From: the human T2T-CHM13v2.0 reference genome, Homo sapiens
Assembly (NCBI RefSeq): GCF_009914755.1
Contig: NC_060947.1
Reading direction: 5' to 3' (one strand)
Length of the DNA: 64,000 nt
Under the pieces are notes generated by a model. The model was not told the DNA's origin, searched no databases, and saw only the letters and a program-made list of their open reading frames with translations. Below are positions 1 through 12,316 of the stretch, in pieces; the stretch's first letter is position 1, and each line of letters starts with the position of its first letter. Made by a program: the position numbers and the translations under genes.

Positions 1-560
1 CAGCGGCTTGCTCGGCTCCCGGGGGCAGAGCCAAGGCGCGGGCGCGGCGGCCCGGGGCCACCTGCCCGCCCTCCCGCTCGCTCCCCACTTGGCCCGAGAA
101 GCCGGCTGCTCGGCGCTGGCGGGAAGTCCGCAAGCACGCAGCCGCTGCAAGCACGCACACTTTCTCCACCCCGGCACAATGGCTTTATTTCTGCTCCCCC
201 GGCCCGAAAGTTTAAAAATCGGGAGAAAGTGTGAGACTCAGCCGGCTACTTTCCCATCACACAGCGCCCCCACTGCAGCCCCCACTCCTTTGGCTAGGCG
301 AGCGTTGGGGTCTTAAAGGGACCGCACAGCTCCTCCGGTCCCTCCTCCCCCTCTGCACTGGATGCACCTAGGAGCTCCCCACCACTCGCGCACGCCCTGA
401 AGATACCGACTACCCTCTGACTCCCCTGCCTGGAAGCCCACACCCGCTCTCCTCCGGCACCAAGGCCTTTCCGAGGTGTGCACCTGGTCTGGTCCTGAGC
501 TGGTGCCCTGGACACAGAATGAACCCTCCTCGCAAATCACGCCCTAGCATGCTGCTTATC
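1..560. promoter_or_regulatory. CpG island edge / probable promoter or first-exon region of a gene extending left of the window
   Basis: Very GC-rich with dense unmutated CpGs (ggcgcgggcgcggcggcccgggg), GC-box-like runs and CACCTG E-boxes at 59 and 481. CpG density collapses after about 560. The gene is not identifiable from this fragment. Confidence 0.75.
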
Positions 561-1039
561 ATTTCAGGGCGTTTCCCATATCCACACTGTGGCTAACAGA
601 GTGACAAAGCTTTGGTTTGGTGTCCTTAAAGGCGGGGTGGAGATGGGTGTGTGTAGGGTCAGGGATTAGAAATCCACTTTCTCTTACAAACTGGGCTCCC
701 AAGCCTCATGGAAAGGGCCTGTTCTAACTGTTAAGTGTCTTGAAGAAAACTTGGTGCCACACACTATACCCACCATTTTTTTTTTAAATGAGTCCCTAAG
801 CTTCTAAGTTGGGCCAAGAGCTCAACCTGGAAATCACAGTAGCACTGCTGATGCCTTGGTGGGCCTGCCTACTCCAAATTTGTGTTTATTCAACAAGTGA
901 TAGTTGCAAAGAATTGTCAGAAACTTCTAGGGTCCAGGAAAGTGCTGCCTCGACAGACAAAATTTTAAGCCCCTAAATTTGGAGAAGAACCGCAGAGCTT
1001 TTTTCTAGATGAACTAGATAAATATCTATATTCCTAACA

Positions 1040-1361
1040 TCTGTATAGTACTTTATGGCTTACGGAGTGTTTTCACATACATCAACATTACTTTTTAAAC
1101 CCTCAAAACCAACCGAACTACCTGAGGTCTCAAGTGTTAGAGTTGGTGGGGAACTTCTGAACCATTCAGCTTAACTTCATCATTTCACAGAAGAGGAAAC
1201 TGAATTGGGGGAAGAGGATGATGTATCTAAGGTCACACAGCTAGTAAATGACAAATTTGAGATTCCAATCCAGATTCCCTGACTTTCAACCCACTACTCT
1301 CTGGTTGTTATCTCCAGTCTGTAGATGAGGAAATTGATGTTCAGAGAAACTGTGGCTTGTC
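1040..1361 (-). mobile_element. Two MIR-family SINE fragments (one apparently nested in the other)
   Basis: Two MIR cores: ttcacagaagaggaaactga...aaggtcacacagctagta and gtagatgaggaaattgatgttcagaga. Confidence 0.65.
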
Positions 1362-1388
1362 AAAAAAACAAACAAACAAACAAACAAA
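1362..1388 (+). repeat. (CAAA)n simple repeat
   Basis: aaacaaacaaacaaacaaac seen directly. Confidence 0.85.
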
Positions 1389-1949
1389 CCACTTATCAGG
1401 AACAGAAAACAAAGAAAAATTAAAACAAGAATAATTGTCCCTGAACGTTACCTCCTTTTGCTTTTTCAGAAGTGTTAATAGTATCCAGCTAGCCCCTGCA
1501 TTGCTGGTGATGTTTATTTCACTGTTAACAAAGGAAAGGGGGCCCTTTCTGTAATGTTGCCTTCAGGGCCCAAAATGTCTAGCTCCGTCCTGCTGCCTGG
1601 GTAGCCATACACTGCCACATGCATTCAATTTGTGCTGTTGTATATCGGTTTGAACTTGCTGATTTGTTGCCTTATAACTGTTCTCATGCCGTTTAATGCA
1701 GTGATGTTTTGTCTTACTAGATTGTGAGTTCTTCAAGGGCAAGGACTGGTTGTTCAATTTCTCTTGTGCGTGCATTACCCAACTCCCATCATTACTTCCA
1801 ACATGCTTACAGAGTATTCTGGAAAATGAGTTTCAAGGGATAGTCTGAGACAAACATAAATTCTAGCATTTAAAATAAATAGACTCACTGGGATTTAAAA
1901 GTTCATCTATTTGGCTACAACCACTCACTCCCTTGCTTGGTGTAGAATC

Positions 1950-2130
1950 CTAATTACTGCATAACAAACCATCCGAAAACCTAGTGGCTTAAAGCAAGCA
2001 ATTATTCTCAATTGGTTCTATTGAGTTGATTCTATTGAACTTGCTTAAGATCTCTTATGCAGTTGCAGGCAACTGTATATGGGGCTGCTGGAATTCTCTG
2101 ACAGGTTTTTCATTAGTGTAAATGTTAGTC
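1950..2130 (-). mobile_element. MLT1-type (MaLR) LTR fragment
   Basis: attactgcataacaaaccatccgaaaacctagtggcttaaagcaa resembles an MLT1 terminus. Boundaries are approximate. Confidence 0.5.
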
Positions 2131-2302
2131 ATCCTTGTATTTTGTATTAGTTCCAATCTTGATTTCTGAATTGAGAACTCCCATTTGGGTGAGTCCTAAT
2201 CTAGACATCCTACCAGGTCTTATAGAAACTTAAGTGATGATTACCTTCATGCTTTATTTTCTCTGTTTATTAAATAGGGATGAGAGCATAATCTCATACT
2301 CA

Positions 2303-4240
2303 TTTTTTAAAAAGTTTTATTTTAAGATAATGGTAGATTTACATGCAGTTGTAAGAAATAATTCAGAAAGATCTCAAATACCCTTCACCTAGTTTTCCCC
2401 AATGATAACATCATTCATAAATATAGTACAATGTCACAACAGGACACTGACATTGGTACAATCCATTCATCTTACTCTGATTTCACCAGTTTTATATGCA
2501 CTCATTTGCCTGTGTATATAATTCTATGCAATTTTATCGCATGTGTATATTCATGTGACCACCACCACAGTAAAAATATAAAACAGCGCCATTACCACAA
2601 GGATACCCTGTATTACACTTTAATAGTCACACCCATCTTTTCCCTTCCTCCTCTCCCTACTCCCTGTCAACTACTAAACTAAATTGTCCTACATCTCTAT
2701 AATTTTGTCATTTAAGAATGTTACGTGGAATCATACGGTATGCAACCTTTTGAGATAGTCTCTTCTCTCTTCTCCCCCAACCCTGATATAATTCTCTGGA
2801 GACCCATTCAAGTTGTTCCTGGTATCAATAGTTTGTTCCTTTTCATTGCTGAGTGGTATTCCATGGTAGGGATATATCACAATTTGTTTAAACCATTCAT
2901 CTATTGGAGGGTTGAGTCTAGATTTCGGTTACAACTGCTATGAACATTTGTCTACAGGTATTTGAATAAGCGTAAGTGTTCATTTCTCTGGGATAAATAC
3001 CCAACAATGTAGTTCCTGGGTTGTATGGTAAATGCATGTTTAGTTTTGTAAGGACTGTCATACTGTTTTTAGAGCAACTGTACTATTTTATATTCCCACC
3101 AGAAATGTGTGAGAGATCCAGTTTATCTGCATTCTTGCCAGCATTTTTTGTTGTCATTATTTTTTATTTTAGCCATTCTGGTAGGTATATAGTGATATCT
3201 CATTGTGGTTTTAACTTGCATTTCCCTAAAACCTAATGATATCTACCATCTTTTCATTGTTTATTTGACACCTGTATATCTTATCACAAATATTTTATCC
3301 CAGTCTGTAGCTTTTCTTTTCATCCTCTTCCCTTGAACTTCCACAAAACAAAATTTTTTAATGTTTTATGTCCAATGTATCAAATTTCTGTCATATAGGT
3401 CATGTTTTGGCATTAAGTTTAAGAACCCTTTACCTAGCTCTAGATCCTGAATATTTTCTTCTATATTTTTGTTTTAAAAGTGTTATAAAGTTTTACATTT
3501 AATTATGATCTATTTTGAGTTAATTTTTATAAAAGGTATAAGGTTTAGGTTGATGTTCATATTTTGCCTATATATTTTTGTCCAATTGCTCCAGTATCAT
3601 TTGTTGAAAAAGCTATCTTTCTTTCATTGAATTGCTTTTACACCTTGATCAAACATTGGTTGGTCATATTGTGTGAATCTATTTCTGGCTTCTCTATTTG
3701 ATCCCATTGATCTATGTGTCTATGCCTCCACCAGTACCACGCAGTCTCGATTACTGTAGACATATGGTAGGCCTGAATTTCAAGTAGAGTGGGTCCTCCC
3801 ACTTTATTCCTCTTTTTTAGGGTTGTTTTAGCTACTCTAGGTCTTGTACCTTTCCACATAAACTTTAGAATAAACTTGTCTATGTCTACAAAATATCTTA
3901 CTGGAATTTAGCTAGAAATTGCATTAAACCTATTGATCAATTTGGGGACAATTGACAAATTTAATTTGTTGAGCATTCCAATCCATGAACACAGTATCTC
4001 TCCATTTATTTAGGTCTTCTTTGATTTCATTCACCAGTGTTTTGTAGTTTTCAGCATATGACTTCTATACATATTTTGTTAGACTCGTATCTACATATTT
4101 CTTTTTCTTTGGAGCAATTGCAAATGTTATTGTATTTTTAATTTCAGTTTCCATGCACTCATTGCTAGTATATATGAATGCAAGTAGTTGTTGTGTGCTG
4201 ATCTTCTATGCCATGTGTTGCAGAACTCATACTTATTTAA
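2303..4240 (-). mobile_element. Old L1 (L1MC-type) 3' portion
   Basis: L1MC 3' end motif (gtagatttacatgcagttgtaagaaataat...). The ORF2 remnant at 3638-3859 reads KKRNKVGG..AWYW..HIDQW. Confidence 0.85.
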
Positions 4241-4648
4241 AAAATAAATATGTAAGTGGAGGTATTATGAAATGATTATATACAAAATAATTTTCTGATA
4301 GCACAAACTTTTTGCCTTTTAGTGCTTCTTGTCCCACTGGGACTTAGAAAACTCAGGTTATTAAATTAACTTTCAAAAATGGCAGAATACATAAAGATTG
4401 ATGAGTATATTGTACTATAGGTTTACCTCTTTTTAGAAAAGATGCCACCAACTTAGAGTTTGTATTAATCAGATACTTGATTCAATATATAGAAGTTGAC
4501 AATTCTCTGTAAAGACCCCTTAGGATTATTCAGCTATATTCTAATGAGCCCTTTTGTTATTTGTGTATGTTCTTGTTTGTTACTGAAATTTTTCTCTGTT
4601 GTATTTTCTTCCTGCTAGCCATTTCTAAAAACTGCTAGAAAAAAGAGT

Positions 4649-5075
4649 AATGTCCATCAATGATAGACTGGGTTGAGAAAATGTGGCACATTTACACCAT
4701 GGAATACTATGCAGCCATAAAAAATGATGAGCTCATGTCCTTTGTAGGGACATGGATGAAGCTGGAAACCATCATTCTCAGCAAACTATAGCAAGGACAA
4801 AAAACCAAACAACGTATGTTCTCACTCATAGGTGGGAATTGAACAATGAGAACATTTGGACACAGGAAGGGGAACATCACACACGGGGGCCTGTTGTGGG
4901 GTGTGGGGAGGGGGGAGGAATAGCATTAGGATATATACCTAATGTAAATGATGAGTTAATGGGTGCAGCACACCAACATGGCACATGTATACATATGTAA
5001 CAAACCTGCATGTTGTGCACATGTACCCTAGAACTTAAAGTATAATAATAAAAATAAAAAAATAAAAAAAAGAAA
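4649..5075 (+). mobile_element. 5'-truncated L1PA (about L1PA4/5) 3' end with poly(A)
   Basis: Canonical L1PA 3'UTR (gggtgcagcacaccaacatggcacatg...cttaaagtataataata) and an A-tail. TSD aaaaaagagt at 4639-4648 and 5076-5085. Confidence 0.93.
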
Positions 5076-6969
5076 AAAAAAGAGTTGGTATGGTTCATCT
5101 AATATTTCCAGCTTTCCTCCTTTTGAGCTCATGGTAGGATTTTACTCCTCTTCCCTTTTTGAAATTAAGTATTGCCATTTGATTTGCTTTGGCTAATGAA
5201 ATCTTAGCAAAAGTCATGTGTTGCTTATTTTTACAGCATAACCTTCAATACTGTCTCTTAGCACCAGTGAAAACAATTCTGTTTCTTAGAATTTTATGAC
5301 AACCAAATAAGTAAATAGCAAGAGTAGGTTATAGATTCTTGAAGGTAGAATTAAAAGGAGCAGATTCTCTTTGTTTTAATGTATTCTTATAAGTTAAGCT
5401 GTCATTTTCTATTTATGCCTTTCAGTTATTGTAGTAAACAAAAATAACGCAAAGTATTTTTTATTTGTGCTTTGTGTTATATATGAATATTATCTTATAG
5501 AAATAATTTTCTTTTTTAAGTGATTTTAAGATATTTTTAGAAGCATTTTAAGTGATTCATTTCCCAAAGAAACACATCTCCAGATTTATAATAAAGGGCA
5601 TTGTAAAAGCAAGATTTGGCTTACAGAAAATTTCAGGAACATATTTATTTTTAAAAATCAAGATAATCTCATCATAGTATACAGGATTATATTAACTACC
5701 TAAAAGATGAAAGGAGTTAATTTCTTGATCCAAAATTATATTGTGCTTCATCATCACCATGAGTGGGTCATATGGGCAGAGCATAAAATACACCACTTCT
5801 GACTGAAGATTTGTTTCAGATAGTTTAACTGCATTTCCAAACAGTTATACAAAGGTGTTTAAAACTTTTAATCAAAGATGTCATGAAAAATTGGAGACAT
5901 AATATGTCCAAGTGTTATGCTATGCATAGAAAAATGCAATATGGTAGAATAGAAACTGCCTCTCTAGAAGCTGTATTCCTATAGAATGTTGATTCACTTT
6001 ATCAAATTTCATTTGCCTAGATAGCTTACTATAGGACCTCAAAGCATCCACAGTTCCCTAGAACCTCCATGAACTTCCCAGATTTTTCACCTTTATTCCC
6101 AGAGCTAGGCAGCAGATTGATTTATTATTATTTTTCAGCAGAAGCAATAAAAATCAATGTTTAATTGTCTTAACCACAGCATCTAGGTCTCCTCAGGGAA
6201 GTAACATGATGCACAAAGAACCAAGACAACTAAGACTATGGAATCAAGCATACTTGAATTAGAATCCCAAAAAGTCATATAGCCTTTCTGAGCTTGTTTC
6301 CTTATAGTATGTAAAAAGGGGATGATGATAAGGTAACTGTGGCAGTTCAATGGCCTACTGTATGTGGAGTGCCTGGAATATAGTAGGTGTGCAATAATTG
6401 TTTCTATCCTCACTGTCCCCTCCCTGCTTCCATCCACTTAGTCCAAATGTGAAAGCTATTGCACATTCAGTAAAGTTCTTTATTAGCTAGTCAAGCTTCA
6501 GTTTGTCTGTCTTTAAAAGAAAGTGGGGATAAAAGCAGGAAGAGAAAACCAATAATTAACCCAATTTCCCACCCTATTCTTCAAGGCGGGGAGTAAGTTG
6601 GAGAGTAGAGTGCCAACATCCCTTCAACAGAAACAGTAAAGAAACTAATGCCAAGATGTAAAATTACTCTCTCCTTGCACACAGGTGCACAAGCACTAGC
6701 TATTGTCCTGGTGCCTGGAGACTATTATAAAATGTTAGATGCAGATTTGGGGCTAGTATGCTCTTCTCTAGCTTCATGTCACATGGACTAGAAAACAAGA
6801 CTCAAGCCAGAGTAGAATCATAAGAAGCCACCTGGATATTCTCAGATCCACATTGCCTATTCTTTTAGTTCTCAAGTAAAGAAAATTTGTTTCTCATTAG
6901 GAAAGATGCCGGCAACTCAGCTTTAGAGCTATAACCCAGGGGGTAAGAGCAGGAACCAGAGATTCCATA

Positions 6970-7525
6970 AAGCAAAGATGACAAACTGCTGACCCAAGGG
7001 CTGAAGAGAGCCTGCCCACATTTTTTTTTTCAAAATTTGAATTGGTTCTAAACAATCTTTAATTTTTATTATTGGGAGATTTTACATAAAAGACCTTGAT
7101 TCCAGTTTCTCATAAAAAAATAGATTTACTAGGAACACTGGGCCGACATCTCTCCATGGTAACACAGACTGGAATAGAGTAGTAGCCGCTGCTTTTAGAC
7201 AGCATATGTGCTTGCCAACTGCCACAGTCCCCACCACTCCCCATTGTGTCCCTTTTGTTACCCTCAGGCATGTTTTACTCATTCACATTACTTTCTTTTT
7301 TTTTTTTTTTATTATACTTTAGGTTCTAGGGTACATGTGCACAACGTGCAGGTTTGTTACATATGTACACATGTGCCATGTTGGTGTGCTGCACCCATTA
7401 ACTCATCACTTACATTAGGTGTATCTCCTAATGCTTTCCCTCCCCCCTTCCCCAACCCCACGACAGGTCCCAGTGTGTCATTCACATTACTTTCATAACC
7501 CCTAGAGATGTATGAGTTTGAACCA
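6970..7525. mobile_element. hAT-Charlie fossil (MER102-like), split by an L1PA insertion
   Basis: aacactgggcc...catggtaaca...gccacagtccccaccactccc matches the recalled MER102 internal sequence. Confidence 0.55.
7296..7477 (-). mobile_element. Very short 5'-truncated L1PA 3' end
   Basis: Poly(T) followed by the L1PA 3'UTR reverse complement. Perfect 17-bp TSD tcattcacattactttc at 7279-7295 and 7478-7494. Confidence 0.95.
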
Positions 7526-7559
7526 TTATGTACAATGATAACTATTTGAGAAGTGGCTT

Positions 7560-7736
7560 TTTAGGGAGGAAAACAAAAACCCTGATTTGTAGCAATTTCC
7601 GACTTCTGTTGTGTAAATATCTCCTACATGGCCAATTTCAGACTAACAATGTGTTGTCACTTAACATGAAGTTGGTAAAAGCTGTGCACAATGACTTCTC
7701 ACAAACTGGTGAGAGCTGGCTCTGGAGCACTACTGG
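7560..7736 (-). mobile_element. MER63-like hAT-Blackjack fossil
   Basis: ccctgatttgtagc...tgtaaata...catggccaatttca...gagctggctctggagcactactg matches the reverse complement of recalled MER63. Confidence 0.6.
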
Positions 7737-8299
7737 CTTGAATTTGCTCAAAAAAGCTTCATCGAGTTAATGGAATAGTTAGGAGCGTGAGCCAGGAGAT
7801 CTTATTCATAGAATGAGTCAGAAATCAACCAGAAAAAGTAAGCTTCAACACTTGACATGGAACCTGTCTTTAGACCAACACTACTTCCTTGTTCTCTATG
7901 TCTTTTTAAAAATCCCACAGGCCAATTATCTAGCCTTTGGGCATAGGATAATCTGAGAGGGAAGTATGAGCTAATGAAGGGTGAGCACTAGCTTGAGGAG
8001 GTCAGAAGACACAGTACAGGACCCCTAATAGTACTGCTGAGTTCTTCCTGTAAACTGAATACTGTCCTCCTTTTGTCCTTACAGGAAGGAGACTAAGGGA
8101 AGGGACTGCGGAGAGCAGGAAGCCATTTAGAACCCATTTAGAACCCAAGTTCAGAGAGATATTGAAATAGGCTGTGAATCACATCCAGAAATCTCTTCTC
8201 ACACTAGAACTACAGGGCTATGACCTATGCATGTGGCAAAGACCACAGGCAGGGACATCATCCTGTCCTATCCCGTACCGGAAAGTGACTGTGCATAGA

Positions 8300-8480
8300 A
8301 TACTACCTGGAAGGTGAAAACTCTAAAGCTTCTTAGAGACAGCTTAGTCCAAATCTGATTAATTCACAGAGAAAAAAACTGAGGCCCAGAGAGGAAGATA
8401 AGTGGCACAACCAAGTCTGGAAGCCAGGTTTTCTGACAGCCAGTCTGGGGCTTATTTCTTCTACCTCACACTGCCTCTCA
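8300..8480 (-). mobile_element. MIR SINE
   Basis: Core acagagaaaaaaactgaggcccagagagg. Confidence 0.65.
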
Positions 8481-8884
8481 GGAGTTAAAAAGCAAAAGAT
8501 TCAGTCCACCAACTGGTTGTGTTGCCAAACCAGCAACATGAATAATATTTTTTGACTGAATCAACTGTCTCTTTAGGCATCATGTAGACATAGTCAAACA
8601 CTCATCTCCAGTTTTCTCTGTGTTTGGATGATTTAAAAACCTAACAGAGAATCTGCACGTCCAGGGAGTTTTGCCAAGAAAATCTGAAAATCTAAACAGT
8701 CACTCTCACATTGGCCCTATAACCAAGTGTCCAAATCTTTTTTCCCCTTTTCATATTAGAGAAAATATAATGTTCTTGCCACAAGGAAAGCAGCATCAGA
8801 ATCTGGAAGGATTCTTGAACTGCGAGTTATGACTCTTGGCTTTAATTCTGTCTCTTCCTTGGATGGGTCATATCCCAACCTCCT

Positions 8885-8980
8885 GCTCCCTGTGGGCCTC
8901 GGTTTCCCCGTCTGTAAAATGTAAGACCTGAACTCCATGATCTCGTAGATTCCTTCAAGCTCTAGCAGTCTTTCATGGTA
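8885..8980 (+). mobile_element. MIR3-like SINE fragment
   Basis: gggcctcggtttccccgtctgtaaaatg...atgatctcgtagattccttcaagctcta. Confidence 0.6.
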
Positions 8981-11280
8981 AAATCCTAATCCAAGTGTCC
9001 ATTCACTCAACTCATTGGCCCTTTCCAACCTGTGTTTCTCTGGCTACAGGAACTTCTGGAACCCAAGTGCCAGAGACAGAGCTGTGCCTCTAAAAGACTG
9101 CAAGACTTAGTAGTTGGAGTTATTCTCCACTGCAGCTAATTTATACAGGCAGCCTCAAATTTTTATCCTCATTAGAGACCCCTAGTATTGCTGTCTTTGA
9201 ATTTTCCTGGTAACCTCTCAAGTCATAAAAGCTCCCTGAAATTGAAAAAAAAAAAAAAACCCTCAAAGAGTCATATCTTTAAAAATAAAATGCCTAAACC
9301 CGAAGAACCTTTTACTAGATTATGGGCTCCACTGCTTATTCCTCAAGGGACTCTTGTGAAATCAGAGACAAAAACTTGAGAACAATCAGACAAAGAGAAA
9401 TGTCAAACTAAAGATTTGGGTTTATTTAATTTTATTGTTTTTAAATCCATCATGAGTCGAAGGGGAGGGAGAGTTGAAAGAACACAGAGAAACCCATTCC
9501 CAGCTACAAAGTCCATGTGCTAAACCATGTTTTTCTGTCACTTAGAGTTCAGCTCTCTCCAATATTAATGGAACTTAAGCCAAACAAGAGTTCCTTTTAT
9601 GCTTTCTCCCCCCAGCTCCCTGCTTGCTAAGTCCTGTGCAAACTTGCAGCAGTTTCCAAGCACATGGCTGTGAAATTATCAGGGCTGGACTAATGCCAGT
9701 ACAAACCAATTTATTGGGGTCCTGAAATTAACTAAAACCTAGAAAGCTTGATTAATTGTGGCACAGCACAGCAAGGAGCATTCAGGAGGGTGGCCATCAG
9801 GCCAAAGTGCACACCCCCAGAGACTGTCCTGACTCCCGAGTTTTAGTACTTGTAAAGAAGAGTTCCTTTTGTGGACAGACCTGTGTTGCTCGTACTACTT
9901 ATTCATGCATCACAAAAATGTCGTTTTTGAGTCCAGCAGGGAAAATGGTAGTTAGTGGATCTTAGCTACCTATATAATCAGCCAATCCCATAATAGTAGT
10001 TCTTCGGATTAATTTTGCTTAAATTAATTGTCATCTTTATGCAGCCCATTTGACAAGCTCTACTTTTTTTTTCTAAGTAACATTGGCTAACTATGCCTCT
10101 GGAGAGTCATTGTTGAGATTTGGTACTTCTGTGGTTTCTTGGAACACCTTACCTCATGAGACAAGGAAAAGGGAAGTGACTATATGGCAAATTGTCTGGG
10201 TTAAAAAAGATGGTGTGTGGGTTAAGAAAGATGGTCTGACGTCCCCCACAGACCAGAGACTTTCCCTTCAGTTCTTATTCCGAACAACACCAGATCTATC
10301 CATTGCAAAAAAATGTGACTTCGTGTAAAAGTACTAAGTACCGTATCTAACTGCTCCTGAGCTGTTTGCCAGTTGCAGCCCTTGAAGACATAGGCAGTGG
10401 CAGCCAAGAAGCATTCTTAACCTTGGGAGTCATGAGTTGCTGTACATTGCTCACTTGCCAGCAGAGGTTTCACACTTCTGCCCAGTTGTCTTAGAACCTT
10501 GGTGTGGGCAGAGCTGTCTAACATGTGAGTTTCTAGAGGGCCAGGCCCAGCTCCAGCTAGTTTCCTTTGTAAGCTCCAGGCCTAAAACCTTACCTGAGTA
10601 CATCCAAGTTTACTGAGTACTTCACAGTACACTCCAGTGCAGTGGTACCATTGTTAAAACATCAAAATACTTCCTTGTTACTGGGTGATTTGCTGTTTCC
10701 CCAAGCCTCCCCAGGTGTCCCCTGCAGTCTCCATTGCTCCTGTCCCTCCCTGTGGACCCTTGGGTACTTCACACAATCCATAACTAAAGGGCTACTGGCT
10801 GGGGTGGCAGAAGGCCTTCAAGCCCCTGGTCCATGGGCCTTCTGACATCTTTTCTAGTTGGTTATTGCCCATGCTAGACTAGAAGTTAACTATTTTGGAT
10901 ATCACCCTAAGTACATCACAAAATGATATTGCCATTGCTGATGGTGGTGAGGAAGACATTTATTAAAAAAAAAAAAAAAACACCACCATGTGACTTTCAT
11001 GAGGGAAACAACAACAATCTTTTCTCATTCCTAAGGGCAGTGGGCACTTGTTGCAGACATCCTGGGTACAAGGCCTGGCACAAAGTGCATGTACACTGAA
11101 GAAGGCAGCTCTGGCTACTGAGGAAACAGCTGTTGCCACTCTTCTCTGCTATGATCTTCCCTAAGGATAGGATGGCTCCTAGGGATAGAGATCTACTTGA
11201 ATAGGGATCACTCATGGTTTTGTAGTAGTCACCAGAATGGAGAAAGGAGGGGTAGAAGGACAAAAGGGCTAAAGTGACCC

Positions 11281-11352
11281 TCATTACAATTCTGCCAAAG
11301 TATATGAGTATGTGATCATTACAATTCTGCCAAAGTATATAAAAGTATGTGA
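11281..11352 (+). repeat. Two-copy tandem duplication of about 35 bp
   Basis: tcattacaattctgccaaagtatat(g/aaa)agtatgtga occurs twice. Confidence 0.9.
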
Positions 11353-11780
11353 TGTGGAGTGGAAAGAACTTAGAAACAGACTTCAGGGGACCCAGATCCT
11401 AGTATTGGTGCTGTTATTAGCTAGCTCTGTGTCCTGAGACAAGTCCATTTACCTCTCTGAATCTCGGCTTCTTCATCTATGCAAGCAAATGACTGAGTAA
11501 AATGATCTCAGGGGTTCCTTCTAGCTTTGGGATTCTGTGAAATTGAGCTTATTGTTAGTCATCAGAACTCTACCATTTGTTAGGTATTTACTGTATATTG
11601 GGCATGGGAAGGACTTTTACATGTATTCTTTTATTTAGGCTTCACAATAATACTTTGAGATAGGCACTGTTATTGTCATCCCACCTTTTACAGGTTGAGG
11701 AAGGTCACACAGCCAGTAAGGGATAAAGCCAGGACTCAAGCCCATGTCTGTCTGAATCTTTGATGTGTGCCCTTAACCTC
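11350..11780. mobile_element. Two MIR SINEs in opposite orientation
   Basis: ctctctgaatctcggcttcttcatct (+) and ttttacaggttgaggaaggtcacacagcc (-). Confidence 0.6.
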
Positions 11781-12316
11781 TCTCTATCCCACCTATTCTG
11801 TATCTCCATGTGTTTGCGACTGCAGCCCATGTGTCTACACATGTCTTGGTGTGCCCCACTACCACTATTTTCCTTGTATCCACACTACCCTGATAATGAG
11901 TCCCCTAGTTCCTCTATTCACAGATTTCTAGCTCACCAGCCTTGTGCCCACCATGTTTCATTCTCCCATCTTCCCCATCTCTATGGTGTTTCACAAGCAT
12001 ATAAATAAAATAGGGGGCCAACAATTATACACAGACCACTAAAAAATGCACCCACCTTCTCTCTTTTGTGGCTGGATTAGAAGAAGAGGGTTGTTTGATT
12101 ATATTCATGACCCTAGAAACTGTTCCGTAGCAGAGACAGCCGAGCCACTAATATTTAGAAAAATAACAAAAATTGACTGTATTTAGCTCTGCAGAGGAGT
12201 CCTGCTGGTTATTCATGGTTAAATATTAACGTCTCAGCTGTTTTTGGCCATCTGAGTGACAGGCTGCAGATTTGGTTAAATGATCCTCTACAAACCCAAT
12301 TTGGCTATACAATTTT

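Noticed and set aside
8-540. ORFs of 73-102 aa in the CpG island
   Set aside because: Non-ATG or weak starts and Ala/Pro/Gly/Arg-rich translations typical of GC-rich non-coding DNA. No recognisable domain.
1-600. Naming the adjacent host gene
   Set aside because: I do not recognise the sequence with confidence. A genome search is needed.
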